64,000 nucleotides of DNA from a virus (IMGVR_UViG_3300025000_000057), one strand, 5' to 3'; positions 35,687 to 46,248 are shown, counted from the first letter of the stretch. Numbers and translations: made by a program. The notes: generated by a model not told the origin, from the letters alone.

Positions 35687-38600
35687 TCATACTGAATATT
35701 CAAAACTTGATGGTAAAAGTAACCCCTTTAAACTGGCTCAAAAGGCCAAAGAGTATGGTATGGACGCAATAGCCATGACAGATCACAGATGTATGGACGG
35801 TATGGTTCAATTCTACAAGGCCTGTACTGATAAGAAAAAAGGTGTAGGTATTAAACCTATCATAGGGTGTGAAGTAGAGGAAACAGAAGACCGTACCATC
35901 AAGAACCGAGCAGCTCGTAAAGAGAAAGGGCATAGGAATTATCATATGATACTATTGGCTCGTAATGAAAAGGGCCATAAGAATCTAATGAACATCGTAT
36001 CCGATGCTGCTGTAAATGGTTTATTCGATAGAAAAGAGCGTACTGATTTTGATTTCATCCGGGATAATAACCTGGGAGAGGGATTGTACGCAACTACGGC
36101 ATGTGTAGGCGGACGAGTATCACGATATATTCTGGAGGGTAAGATTAATGAGGCTAAAGAAGTACTCTATCAAATGATCAATCTATTTGATCAGGTTTTC
36201 TTAGAATTACAGCCTTATAATAATCCAGAACAAACGCAGGTCAATCAAGGTAAATTACAACTTGCGAAAGAGTTGAATCTACCTCTTATAATCACCTGTG
36301 ATAGCCATTATATTACTCCAGATGAAAAGGACATCCATGATACTCTTTTATGTATGCAAACCGGTACTCTTAAGACAGATCCTAAACGATTTAGGTTTTC
36401 ACCCGGATATGACGTGCATTTGTGGAGTCCTCAAGAAATGTGGGATTATGTACAGAAAAATGGTCTTCCTATAGAATGTATTACTAATACAATAGCGATT
36501 GCTAAGAATTGCAATGTAGAATTAAAGTTCGACCAGCGTATATTACCAAACGCTCCGGTGCCGGTCGGATATACTCCTGAAAGTTATCTTACTGAAATAT
36601 GTAAGTATAGAATCTGGGATTATCTTGGCAAACGTCCACACTTGGCTAACAAAACAAATGATTATTTGGCCCGGTTAGATAAGGAGCTTAATGTTATATG
36701 TAGTAAGGGGTACGCCTCTTACTTTCTAATCTTATCAGACATAGTTAGTTTCTGTAAGAGTAAGGGTATTCCAATAGGCCCGGGTCGTGGTAGTTCGGCA
36801 GCTAGTATTGTTGCAAGGTTGTTATATATCACAGACCTTGACCCTATTGAATGGGAACTCACGTTTGAGCGCTTTTTAAATCCTGAGAGAGATTCTATGC
36901 CGGATATTGATACAGACATATGCTATTTTAGACGGGCTGAGGTAATTGAGTACTGTAAGCAAAAGTATATCCATGTCGCTCAAATTGCAAACAATCTAAC
37001 ATCAAAGCTTAGGTCAACGATTCAATCTGTCTTTAGGGTTTATGATATACCTACAAAGATTGCTACCGATATAACCAAATTGGTTCCTGCAAAGATAAAT
37101 CAGATTGACACGACCTGGGAAATGATGAAAGACATTTACGATGACCCAGCTTGTGATTTAGCTAAGAAAATTGATGACCGGGAAGTTAAAACAGTTGTCG
37201 ATAACTTCAAGAAGTTAAACGAGGAGTTAGATCAACTTCCTCCTAATATCAAACGAGATATCTTATCACTTGAGGGTATTGTCAGAGGTTCCGGTATTCA
37301 TGCAGGTGGAATACTCTTATGTGATAGACCTATTGAAGAATTTGCACCTTTGACAGCCGGTTCTAAGACAGCAATCTTACCTGTCTGTAGTCTTAATATG
37401 AAAGGTGTAGACGAGATTGGACTCCTTAAGGTTGACCTTTTAGGCAGCCGGAGTATTACAGTTATCGATCAAGCTTCTCGTGATATAGGGATAGACTGGG
37501 ATACTATAGATTTGACCGATGCTAAAGTGTGGAAGGGTTTCCAAGACGGACACTATCATGCAATCTTTCAGATGCAGGGCGGCGGGATGACTAAGACCGG
37601 TAAAGAATTGAAATTAGAGTGTTTTGATGACCTGATTAACCTATTGGCTCTGTTCCGTCCCGGCCCGCTAAAGGGAATTATCGATCCGCAAGCTGGTACC
37701 ACCATGGTACAGCAGTATACAATAAATAGGTACGACCCTAGTAAGATTGCTTATGAGCATCCAGATCTAGCACCAATCCTTAGTGCTACTAAGGGTATGT
37801 TAATCTTCCAAGAGCAACTCATGATTATAGTCCAGAAGTTCGCAGGCTATTCACTCGGCGGCGCGGATACCTGGCGCCGAGCTGTTGGTAAGAAAGATGA
37901 CAAATTGCTACAATCCTTAAGAGATGAGTTTATTAATGGTAGTTTTGAAAACACCGTAGACGCAAACGGTAAAGAGATAAAAGATGCGAATGGGAATCCG
38001 GTACCGGTTGTAGATCCATCGACAGGGTACCCAAAGATTAAGGTTCCTGGATGTGTTCGTAATGGTTACTCACCACAACTTGCTGATTACCTCTTTAAAC
38101 TAATGGAGTTTTTCTCCGGTTATGGTTTTAATAAGGCTCACAGTGCTGTTTATGCTCTAAATGCTTACCGGACTATGTACCTTAAGATATATCATGCCGT
38201 AGAATTAATGAGAGCTGCTCTATCTAGTGAATCTGATTCGCTAGAGAAAGTAACTGAGAACTTAAAAGAGTGTAAACGTCTTGGTATTAAGATATTACCG
38301 CCGGATATCAATAAATCCGATCTTAACTTTACAATAGAGGAAAATGACCAGGGGCTTAAGTGTATCAGATACGGATTATCAGCAGTAAAGATGATTGGTG
38401 AAGGACATGTTGCTAAGATAAAGGCTACCCGCCCATTTAACTTACTATCTACGTTTGCAAGTGTCGTACCTGGTAAAGGTTTCGACCGTCGCCATGTTTG
38501 TTTTCTCATTATGGCTGGAGCTTTCGATCAGTTCGATACTAATCGTTATAAACTATTGAACGAATATAACTTCGGTATCAGAAACTTTAAAGAAGCTGCC

Positions 38601-39428
38601 GTCTGTAAATACGGTGATAAATTACCTGATAAAGTAGAATCCGACCAGGCTGTACGATATATCGAGTCTACTTGGGATCGTGCTGCTGCCTTTGAATGGG
38701 AGAAAGAATTACTCGGCTCATATGTTACCGGCCACCCATACGAAAACTTACCTTATACGAAATGGGAATTTGTCGGTGATGGAGCTCCTGTAGAATACGG
38801 TGGTAGAATTACAAGGGTAAATAAGATTATCACTAAGACAAAACAAGAAGAGATGGCTTTTTTTACCCTAGAGACAGCATATGATATGCGAGACGTTACA
38901 GTATTTCCAAACGTGTGGGCCAAAGATAGTAAGAAAATCAGTGAAGGTAAATTAGTCATAGTTAGGGGTACGAAAGATTATAGTAATAATTGCGTAAAAG
39001 CTACCGAGGTTGTTGGTGCAACAAAGAGTGCATTAACCAAGGCGGCTAAGCAAACAAATAAAGTACCCATAAAGATGCCAACTATAGATCCGGATGAATT
39101 TCCTGAGACACCTATACCAGCTGATGTAAGGTTATATTCCGACGTAGATGTATGGTCGTCTGAACTACTGACCGTACCCGTACCTCCAGATTACGATCTT
39201 CAAGAACCTGGAGAGTACTATTACGAACTTCCGGAATCAAATATACCAGAGCCTATAGACGTGCCGGTACCTTTAGAATTACCAGAATTACCGGAGTATA
39301 ATACAGTAAACGTTGTGCAACAAGTAGTACCGGACATATTATTAATACAGCCTGTATTTGAATCATATATACCACAAGACCCGGATGAAGAGTTATTACA
39401 ACAGCAACTGTTTGATATGTATAGTTAG
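35661..39428 (+). CDS. dnaE: DNA polymerase III alpha subunit
   Basis: PHP HNHTEYS.LDG, GPGRGS, PDIDTD, KVDLLG, YGFNKAH; acidic Pro-rich tail. Confidence 0.97.
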   Translation: MQTYISVHNHTEYSKLDGKSNPFKLAQKAKEYGMDAIAMTDHRCMDGMVQFYKACTDKKKGVGIKPIIGCEVEETEDRTIKNRAARKEKGHRNYHMILLARNEKGHKNLMNIVSDAAVNGLFDRKERTDFDFIRDNNLGEGLYATTACVGGRVSRYILEGKINEAKEVLYQMINLFDQVFLELQPYNNPEQTQVNQGKLQLAKELNLPLIITCDSHYITPDEKDIHDTLLCMQTGTLKTDPKRFRFSPGYDVHLWSPQEMWDYVQKNGLPIECITNTIAIAKNCNVELKFDQRILPNAPVPVGYTPESYLTEICKYRIWDYLGKRPHLANKTNDYLARLDKELNVICSKGYASYFLILSDIVSFCKSKGIPIGPGRGSSAASIVARLLYITDLDPIEWELTFERFLNPERDSMPDIDTDICYFRRAEVIEYCKQKYIHVAQIANNLTSKLRSTIQSVFRVYDIPTKIATDITKLVPAKINQIDTTWEMMKDIYDDPACDLAKKIDDREVKTVVDNFKKLNEELDQLPPNIKRDILSLEGIVRGSGIHAGGILLCDRPIEEFAPLTAGSKTAILPVCSLNMKGVDEIGLLKVDLLGSRSITVIDQASRDIGIDWDTIDLTDAKVWKGFQDGHYHAIFQMQGGGMTKTGKELKLECFDDLINLLALFRPGPLKGIIDPQAGTTMVQQYTINRYDPSKIAYEHPDLAPILSATKGMLIFQEQLMIIVQKFAGYSLGGADTWRRAVGKKDDKLLQSLRDEFINGSFENTVDANGKEIKDANGNPVPVVDPSTGYPKIKVPGCVRNGYSPQLADYLFKLMEFFSGYGFNKAHSAVYALNAYRTMYLKIYHAVELMRAALSSESDSLEKVTENLKECKRLGIKILPPDINKSDLNFTIEENDQGLKCIRYGLSAVKMIGEGHVAKIKATRPFNLLSTFASVVPGKGFDRRHVCFLIMAGAFDQFDTNRYKLLNEYNFGIRNFKEAAVCKYGDKLPDKVESDQAVRYIESTWDRAAAFEWEKELLGSYVTGHPYENLPYTKWEFVGDGAPVEYGGRITRVNKIITKTKQEEMAFFTLETAYDMRDVTVFPNVWAKDSKKISEGKLVIVRGTKDYSNNCVKATEVVGATKSALTKAAKQTNKVPIKMPTIDPDEFPETPIPADVRLYSDVDVWSSELLTVPVPPDYDLQEPGEYYYELPESNIPEPIDVPVPLELPELPEYNTVNVVQQVVPDILLIQPVFESYIPQDPDEELLQQQLFDMYS

Positions 39429-39429
39429 T

Positions 39430-39469
39430 TTACTAAGTCCGGCCTTGATAAAAAGGCCGGACTTAGTAA
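39430..39469. terminator. 17-bp inverted repeat
   Basis: TTACTAAGTCCGGCCTT / AAGGCCGGACTTAGTAA. Confidence 0.65.
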
Positions 39470-39506
39470 TATAAATACTCAGTTAAAGTATCTTAGGAGG
39501 GATTAA

Positions 39507-39938
39507 ATGTCTTATGCATATGGCTTAAATGGTAATGATATTGACTGGGAAGCTATTGAAAGTATGGCTGGTATTTATGAATATTGCATGGAATGTGATA
39601 AAGCCATACATGCTATCAAACAGTCTGTTAAGGATGTTCTGAACTCAAGTAATCATAAGTTCGATGATGAATCCATAGAACAGATTCTTGACCTGGTAGA
39701 AGAAAGATTTACTTTTGATAATGAATGCGAAGGTCATAGGCGTTGTTACTATTACCATTCTGGTTCTAGTTTTACGATAGCTCATATTATTGCGGCCGGT
39801 GGTATTCAGAAACTAGCCATGTGGGGTATTATCCATGATACCAATGGTAATTTTGTTAGCACCTTTGGTAAGGTACCTGATAAAATATTCACAACTGATT
39901 ATCTGGAAGAAAGAGATGAAGCTAATGAATGGTTTTAG
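39507..39938 (+). CDS. hypothetical protein
   Basis: AGGAGG SD. Confidence 0.65.
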   Translation: MSYAYGLNGNDIDWEAIESMAGIYEYCMECDKAIHAIKQSVKDVLNSSNHKFDDESIEQILDLVEERFTFDNECEGHRRCYYYHSGSSFTIAHIIAAGGIQKLAMWGIIHDTNGNFVSTFGKVPDKIFTTDYLEERDEANEWF

Positions 39939-40554
39939 AGCTTGGGATGTGAAAGAGAAACTTTGGATACCGGAAGAACTTGTTGCTATAGATGGTGATG
40001 GAAAGATCTATACCAGAGAAAATGAGTATGAAGATTGGATGGAAGAGGTTATCCCCATTACAATAGTTCGTCCTACTGGGTTGGAAGATATGTCTCGTCG
40101 TTCTATAGATGAGTATACAGCCCTATGCTATGAAGATACTGTGTGTATAGTTAAATGGTCTAACGAACTTGCCTGCTTTATTGTTATACTTCCCGATGGA
40201 AGTGATGAATTCCTTAATAGGATTCATGACAAAGCGTACATTATGAGCAGTATATTTGATAGACCGGAATTAATGACTCCTACTCAGAGGGAGAGGGTTA
40301 TGGGTACTAAGAACTTTAATGAAATACTATCAAAGATACCTGAAGCTGTTAAGAAAGAGATAGAACCTTACGGGATTAAGATAACCGGTTACGGTAGTCG
40401 TAGAAATAAACTGATAAGTATATCTACTGATTACTTTCCTCTCGAAGGTAATAAAAAGATGATTGAAGACCTATTATCTAAGGGATGGATAAGAAAACAT
40501 GGCTGTACTAGTAACAGTAAGAGATATCTGCGGATGACCAAGAATCTTATATAA
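39835..40554 (+). CDS. YopX-like protein (likely start 39916-39925)
   Basis: FRAWD N-terminus, TGLEDM, VKWSNELACF. Confidence 0.6.
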   Translation: MIPMVILLAPLVRYLIKYSQLIIWKKEMKLMNGFRAWDVKEKLWIPEELVAIDGDGKIYTRENEYEDWMEEVIPITIVRPTGLEDMSRRSIDEYTALCYEDTVCIVKWSNELACFIVILPDGSDEFLNRIHDKAYIMSSIFDRPELMTPTQRERVMGTKNFNEILSKIPEAVKKEIEPYGIKITGYGSRRNKLISISTDYFPLEGNKKMIEDLLSKGWIRKHGCTSNSKRYLRMTKNLI

Positions 40555-40606
40555 CCATGTATAATGTGACATGTAACTGGTAACACTATAAATAAGGGGT
40601 GATGAG

Positions 40607-40810
40607 ATGAGGACATGTCGGAATTGTGGTAATACAAAAACATTTATAGCTGATGCAGTAAGTCGTAGCACTGTAATTGTAAACAGTAATGGAGAGTTTA
40701 TAGACTGGGTAAATACAGGTACCGAATTACCTAAGATTGAGGTTCCATATGCTTGTGGTGAATGTCAAAGTACAGATATTTACGATCCGGACGATCCTGT
40801 TCCGTTCTGA
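40607..40810 (+). CDS. small zinc-ribbon protein
   Basis: CRNCGN...CGECQS; ends DDPVPF. Confidence 0.65.
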   Translation: MRTCRNCGNTKTFIADAVSRSTVIVNSNGEFIDWVNTGTELPKIEVPYACGECQSTDIYDPDDPVPF

Positions 40811-40858
40811 AAATGTTTCCGTTTTAATTATTGTGGTAGAAAACACTACCGATAGGAG

Positions 40859-41371
40859 GTGATAAATAGAATGAGAGTCGTAATAGAAATTAATCTTCCC
40901 GAAGAAAAGAATGAGTATTGCGACCTATTCAGTGAGAAACCCGTTACAGATTTTGCGAATCTAATATGTGCTCATATAAAGGTCAGCCTCGCTCGGGTAG
41001 GTGCTAGTTCATACGAGGTTAAGGAATATGAAGATGTACTTGAAAGCAACATCTCTAATATCTATAACGTCTTTGATGATGCTGGTGTAGATTGTAGACT
41101 AACAAAGATACAGGTTAAACGATTAGCTCGTAGCTTGGTTGGTAAGATTGATTATAGCTCTATAAATGAGCAAATTAGAAACTTCGTTGAAGATCGGCAT
41201 CCTGGTATCTTTGAGGAAAAATACATCATTAAATCCGATGATGGGTTTTGGAATAATGATGAAGGCTGGGTGGATGATATTAAACAAGCTACAATCTTCG
41301 ATGATGAGTTTAATTACGATTTAGTCATTGGTAATAATGTTCACTGGGTTAAGTTATCTACAATTGAATAA
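40859..41371 (+). CDS. hypothetical protein
   Basis: AGGAGG SD. Confidence 0.6.
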   Translation: MINRMRVVIEINLPEEKNEYCDLFSEKPVTDFANLICAHIKVSLARVGASSYEVKEYEDVLESNISNIYNVFDDAGVDCRLTKIQVKRLARSLVGKIDYSSINEQIRNFVEDRHPGIFEEKYIIKSDDGFWNNDEGWVDDIKQATIFDDEFNYDLVIGNNVHWVKLSTIE

Positions 41372-41404
41372 GGAACGGATGTTCGTGTATAATGTAGCAT
41401 GTAA

Positions 41405-41434
41405 TTGACAACAGTACATACTACATAGTATAAT
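41405..41434 (+). promoter_or_regulatory. sigmaA-type promoter
   Basis: TTGACA-18nt-TATAAT upstream of SSB2. Confidence 0.65.
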
Positions 41435-41459
41435 TAATATATCGAAGGAGGAATTTCCA

Positions 41460-42263
41460 ATGCCATTAAACAGATGTATCTTTTCAGGTTATATTTACTT
41501 TGGCCAAGACGCACAAGGCGTCAATAGAGAATTCGGTGAGTTAAAGTCCACTCCTGCTGGTAATAAGTATGTTCGTTTCTCTACTCAAGTACCTAAGTAT
41601 GGTAAGAATCCCGACGGTTCGAAGAAAGACCCGAACTGGATAGAGTGTATTGCTTGGGATAAGACCGCTGAACGCATTTGTACCGTAGCTGGTAATAATG
41701 GCGCTCTCTTATTTAGAAGAGGCCAACCAGTAGAGATTGAATGCAGATACGATCAGAATAAGTATCAGGATAATCAGGGTGGTAAGCGTGTAAGTCATGA
41801 TTTCGTAATTATGTCCATCGAGTTGCCACCGATTAGCTTTGCTCCACAACCTGCTCAACAGCAACCGGTACCTCAACAACAACAACCGTACCAACAACCT
41901 TATCAGCAACCGACTCAACAGCCTGTACAGCAGCCATACCAACAGCCGGCACAGCAACCTGTACAACAGCCGGTTCAGCAAACTCAGCAGTACCAACAAC
42001 CTTATCAGCAGCCTGCTCCGCAACCCGGTCAGCAACCTGCACAACAAACGTATCAGCAACCGGCTCAGCAGCCTTATCAACAACCCGGTCAGCAACCTGT
42101 ACAGCAAGGACAACCGGCTCAGCCGTATCAACAGCCTTATCAACAACCGGCGCAGCCTGCTCAACCGTACCAGCAACCTGCTCAACAGCCGCAAACCGCT
42201 CCTAATCCGGCTCAGCAGGGTGGTTATCCGGGTGGCCCGACAGACCCGACTTTACCGTTTTAA
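41460..42263 (+). CDS. ssb: single-stranded DNA-binding protein 2 with a long Q/P/Y repeat linker
   Basis: WIECIAWDKTAE, RGQPVEIECR, YQDNQG OB motifs; ends DPTLPF. Confidence 0.88.
   Translation: MPLNRCIFSGYIYFGQDAQGVNREFGELKSTPAGNKYVRFSTQVPKYGKNPDGSKKDPNWIECIAWDKTAERICTVAGNNGALLFRRGQPVEIECRYDQNKYQDNQGGKRVSHDFVIMSIELPPISFAPQPAQQQPVPQQQQPYQQPYQQPTQQPVQQPYQQPAQQPVQQPVQQTQQYQQPYQQPAPQPGQQPAQQTYQQPAQQPYQQPGQQPVQQGQPAQPYQQPYQQPAQPAQPYQQPAQQPQTAPNPAQQGGYPGGPTDPTLPF
41845..42220 (+). repeat. degenerate coding tandem repeat (QQPY/QQPA/QQPV)n
   Basis: CAGCAACC/CAACAACC units repeated throughout. Confidence 0.9.
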
Positions 42264-42553
42264 TGAACCCTGTAAACCAGTCTAAATCAGGACTTAACCA
42301 GATGGCTATCTACCTTTGTGAGGCTTATATACAGACAGGCCTCACAAAGGAGGATGCTAGACTAAAGGTTAGTCAGGACTTAAATGATTTATCAGAAACT
42401 TACTCAAACAATAAGCCTGTAAAGATGGACAAGTCTCGAATGTTCGACTTATTAAATACTGCCTTAAAGCAGGCGAAGGGACTTGGAATCGAAGGTATGG
42501 CTGTAAAGAATACGCTTGTAACAATTAAGGGGATGTTGGAGGCTGATAAATAG
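42263..42553 (+). CDS. hypothetical protein
   Basis: coupled ORF between ssb and recA. Confidence 0.6.
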   Translation: MNPVNQSKSGLNQMAIYLCEAYIQTGLTKEDARLKVSQDLNDLSETYSNNKPVKMDKSRMFDLLNTALKQAKGLGIEGMAVKNTLVTIKGMLEADK

Positions 42554-43815
42554 TGGCTGGAAAAGAGAAAACCATAGTAGTAGCTAAAGAAGGTCAAAGT
42601 ATACTTGATGCTACTATGGATGCTATTAATAAATTAATGGGTATCGGTAGTATAATGTACCTAGGTCAGGAGAAAGCCTTACTAAGAGTTGAAGCAATAC
42701 CTACTAAATCTATGGCTTTAAACATTGCTCTTGGTATAGGCGGAGCTCCTAGAGGCAGAATTATGGAGATATACGGCCCGGAACATTCCGGTAAGACTGG
42801 TATCGCTTTAGGCATTGTCTCGGAAGCTCAAGCTCTTGCCAGAATACTCAATACCGGTAAGAAAAGTGCATATGTAGATCCAGAATGTGGTTTAGATATA
42901 GAGCTGGCGAAATTACAGGGAGTTGATATTGATAGTCTACTGTATAGCCAACCTGCAAGTGGAGAGAAAGCTCTTGCTATTGTAGAAGCTCTTGTTAAGA
43001 CTAATATGGTAGATGTCGCTGTTGTCGACTCTGTAGCAGCCCTTGTACCACAAAAAGAACTAGACGGAGAGATGGGCGATAGTCATGTCGGTTTACAGGC
43101 TCGTTTAATGAGTCAAGCAATGCGTAAACTTACAAATTTGGTTGCTAAACATAAAGTACTTGTAATCTTCATTAATCAGTTAAGAGAAAAGGTTGGCGGA
43201 TACGGCAATCCCGAGACAACCCCGGGCGGTCGTGCGTTAAAGTTCTACGCCTCTGTAAGACTTGATGTTCGAAAAGGGGAATTTGTTAAAGTTGGTACAG
43301 ATATCATTGGCCATGCTACTACCGTAAAGGTAATAAAGAATAAAGTAGCAGCTCCTCATAAGGTAGCCACATTCTCTGTTCTGTATAACGAGGGTGTTGA
43401 TTTTGCTCAAGAAGTTTACGATTTAGGTCACGATCTCTTTGTTGTACAGAAGAGCGGTAGTTGGATGACATTTATCGATCCTACTACAGGACAGCCAGAA
43501 CTTAATGGCGCGGATAATAAGCCGTATAAGGTAAACGGTACCGCTCAGCTAAGAGAAGAGTTTAAAAGAAATCCTACTTTAAAACAACTTCTCTTTGACA
43601 GAATGCAAGCTTCCTTTGCTTCAAGAATGAGTAACGTACCTATGATCGATGAAGATGAAATTCCGGAAGGTAGCGCAACAGATATTGATATAGAGATTGT
43701 TACCGGAAACGAAACCGGGCAACTAATGGAATCGCCCGAAATACAACAACTAAATCCACCTACTCATGTACCTCCTATGGAAGATTGGCCAATACCAGAA
43801 CCAGTGAGAGGATAA
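42553..43815 (+). CDS. recA: RecA recombinase
   Basis: GRIMEIYGPEHSGKT, DSVAALVP, QARLMSQAMRKL, FINQLREK, GGRALKFYAS. Confidence 0.97.
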   Translation: MAGKEKTIVVAKEGQSILDATMDAINKLMGIGSIMYLGQEKALLRVEAIPTKSMALNIALGIGGAPRGRIMEIYGPEHSGKTGIALGIVSEAQALARILNTGKKSAYVDPECGLDIELAKLQGVDIDSLLYSQPASGEKALAIVEALVKTNMVDVAVVDSVAALVPQKELDGEMGDSHVGLQARLMSQAMRKLTNLVAKHKVLVIFINQLREKVGGYGNPETTPGGRALKFYASVRLDVRKGEFVKVGTDIIGHATTVKVIKNKVAAPHKVATFSVLYNEGVDFAQEVYDLGHDLFVVQKSGSWMTFIDPTTGQPELNGADNKPYKVNGTAQLREEFKRNPTLKQLLFDRMQASFASRMSNVPMIDEDEIPEGSATDIDIEIVTGNETGQLMESPEIQQLNPPTHVPPMEDWPIPEPVRG

Positions 43816-43819
43816 TATT

Positions 43820-44320
43820 ATGCGTATTCATAAAATAGTATCAGAATCTGTAGTAGATGGCCCTGGATTAAGAATAGTCATTTTCTTTCAGGGTTGTAAA
43901 CGTGATTGCCCTGGTTGTCATAATCCAGGGCTTCATGATTTCAAGAAGGGTAAGGAGGTTTCAACAAAAGAACTTATTGCAAGTATCGACCGACGCATGA
44001 ATCCACTGATACAAGGGATTACCTTATCAGGTGGAGATCCTATGTACCAGTGGAATGAAATTATAGACTTTCTGATTTACTTTAAGGAGTATTATTCTGG
44101 CAAGGATGTATGGATGTATACAGGTGCTACTTGGGAAGAGATTAAAGACATCATGACAATTAGTTTTGTTGATGTAATTGTAGATGGCCCCTATATGAAA
44201 GAGTTACATAGTAATAATGTAGCTTATAGAGGGAGTCTCAATCAACGTTTAATCAAAGTGCCGGCCAGCGTACTAAGTGGTCGAGTTGTATTATATGAAG
44301 CAGGTGAAAAAGATTGCTAA
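43820..44320 (+). CDS. nrdG: anaerobic ribonucleotide reductase activase
   Basis: VDGPGLR, QGC...CPGCHN, GGDP, RGSLNQR. Confidence 0.95.
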   Translation: MRIHKIVSESVVDGPGLRIVIFFQGCKRDCPGCHNPGLHDFKKGKEVSTKELIASIDRRMNPLIQGITLSGGDPMYQWNEIIDFLIYFKEYYSGKDVWMYTGATWEEIKDIMTISFVDVIVDGPYMKELHSNNVAYRGSLNQRLIKVPASVLSGRVVLYEAGEKDC

Positions 44321-46179
44321 CTCAGTTAAATCCAGAGCAGTTACAAGCAGTTGTAGCTACGAATCAACAAGTATTAGTATTAGCCGGCGCTGGTTCCGGT
44401 AAAACCAGATGTCTAACTTTTAGGATAGCTCACTCAATTAACATGGGATTTGATCCGGGTACTATTATGGCTGTTACCTTTACAAATAAAGCCGCTAATG
44501 AAATGGTCGCTCGTCTACAGAAAATGAATGTACAGACGAATAGGATATGGGTAGGTACATTTCATGGATTATGCTGTAGGATATTACGTAAGTATGCTAA
44601 TAATATAGGCTTTAGTAGTGCATTTACCATCTACGATGCCGATGATTCTAAGGCTGTCATAAGACGTATTATGAAATCTTACGGTATGCCTACTGAATAC
44701 AATGAAATAAATGGCATTGTCGGTAAGATATCTGATTGGAAGAACAAACTTAAGAGTCCTCAATTTGTATTTAATAATTTACCGACAGATGGAACAAGAC
44801 TTAAGGCCGAGCAGATTGCCAAAGTATACTCTGATTATACCAGAGAACTTTTAGCCAACCATGCTATGGACTTTGACGATCTTATCTTAAGAACTATACA
44901 GCTATTAGAACTTGATGCACATGCGAGATACTGGGCTCATAATAAGTTCCAGCATCTACTGGTTGATGAGTATCAAGATATCAACCATTCACAGTATGTG
45001 TTAATACAAAGATTATTAAATCCAGTTGCCGCTCTGTGGGTATGTGGAGATCCGGATCAAAGTATATATGGCTGGCGCGGTGCTGATATTACAAATATCC
45101 TAAACTTTCAGCGAGATTATCCCCAGGCTCAGCTATGTAAACTTGAAAGAAACTACAGATCGACTAAGACCGTAGTTGATGCTGCAGACTTCGTAGTAGC
45201 TAATAACAAAAGTCGGCTGCCTAAGAAATCGTATACTATAAATACAGCAGGTGCCCCAATTGAGCTGGTGAAATATTACGATGAAAGAGAAGAAGCAATG
45301 GGTGTAGCTTCTAACATCGTAAGGTTAATCAGAGAGGGTAATGCGTATAACAAGATAGCTATCCTATTCCGTACTAATGCTCAATCTAAACCTGCAGAAA
45401 GAGCTTTGCTTGAGTACAATATTCCTTATACACTGGTAGGTGGGGTAAGTTTCTACCAGCGTAAAGAGATTAAAGATTTAATTGCTCATATGCAATTGAT
45501 AGCTAATCCTTTTGATAAGGATGTCTTTAAGAGAGTAGCCTTACTTCAACCGGGCGTCGGAGCTAAGATTGTTAGCCGGGTTATAGAAATAAGTAATGGT
45601 GATTTGATTGATACATGTATAAACTCACCGAACAAAAAGATAAATGAGTTCGGTTATATGGTGAAAGAACTGAAGGATATATCAGTACTATCATCTCCTT
45701 ACGAGGTGCTAAGACAGATTATAGTTAAGTCTGATTGTATTAATACTCTCTCTGCAGATAAATCTACAGGCGAAGAAAGAGTAGCCAATGTAGAAAGACT
45801 TTTAGAACTAAGTAAGGGCTATCACATGATAACAGAGTTTTTAAGTCAGGCTGCTTTATCAAGTACTAATGATAAAGACGGCCCAGGTGTAAAACTTATG
45901 ACGGTACATGGCTCTAAAGGTCTTGAGTTTGACGTTGTATTCTTAATAGGGGCTGAAGAAGGTACATTCCCACATAAGAATAGTATGAATGATTTACGTA
46001 CCCTAGAAGAAGAGCGTCGGGGTATGTACGTAGCACTTACCCGAGCAGGGAACCGACTTTTTATATCCTGGGTTAAAGAGCGCTATTTGTATGGTAATCA
46101 CGTAGAAGGTAAACTATCCAGATTTATTAAAGAAATACCAAAACACTATATCATTGCAACACAGGATGCTTGGGACTAG
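44314..46179 (+). CDS. pcrA: UvrD/PcrA SF1 helicase
   Basis: AGAGSGKT, DEYQD, GDPDQSIY, NYRS, HGSKGLEF, YVALTRA. Confidence 0.95.
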   Translation: MLTQLNPEQLQAVVATNQQVLVLAGAGSGKTRCLTFRIAHSINMGFDPGTIMAVTFTNKAANEMVARLQKMNVQTNRIWVGTFHGLCCRILRKYANNIGFSSAFTIYDADDSKAVIRRIMKSYGMPTEYNEINGIVGKISDWKNKLKSPQFVFNNLPTDGTRLKAEQIAKVYSDYTRELLANHAMDFDDLILRTIQLLELDAHARYWAHNKFQHLLVDEYQDINHSQYVLIQRLLNPVAALWVCGDPDQSIYGWRGADITNILNFQRDYPQAQLCKLERNYRSTKTVVDAADFVVANNKSRLPKKSYTINTAGAPIELVKYYDEREEAMGVASNIVRLIREGNAYNKIAILFRTNAQSKPAERALLEYNIPYTLVGGVSFYQRKEIKDLIAHMQLIANPFDKDVFKRVALLQPGVGAKIVSRVIEISNGDLIDTCINSPNKKINEFGYMVKELKDISVLSSPYEVLRQIIVKSDCINTLSADKSTGEERVANVERLLELSKGYHMITEFLSQAALSSTNDKDGPGVKLMTVHGSKGLEFDVVFLIGAEEGTFPHKNSMNDLRTLEEERRGMYVALTRAGNRLFISWVKERYLYGNHVEGKLSRFIKEIPKHYIIATQDAWD

Positions 46180-46248
46180 CATCCTGTGTTGCAATATGGT
46201 ATAATAGTATTACATGTTGGGTAGACTATGTAATAAGGAGGGAACAAG

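Noticed and set aside
41709-42285. Long R/L-rich, V/A-rich and N/S-rich alternative-frame ORFs
   Set aside because: Shadow frames created by the Q/P codon repeat of SSB2
35661-43815. Inteins or introns in dnaE and recA, which are common insertion targets
   Set aside because: The catalytic motifs are contiguous and no Hint-domain signatures are present
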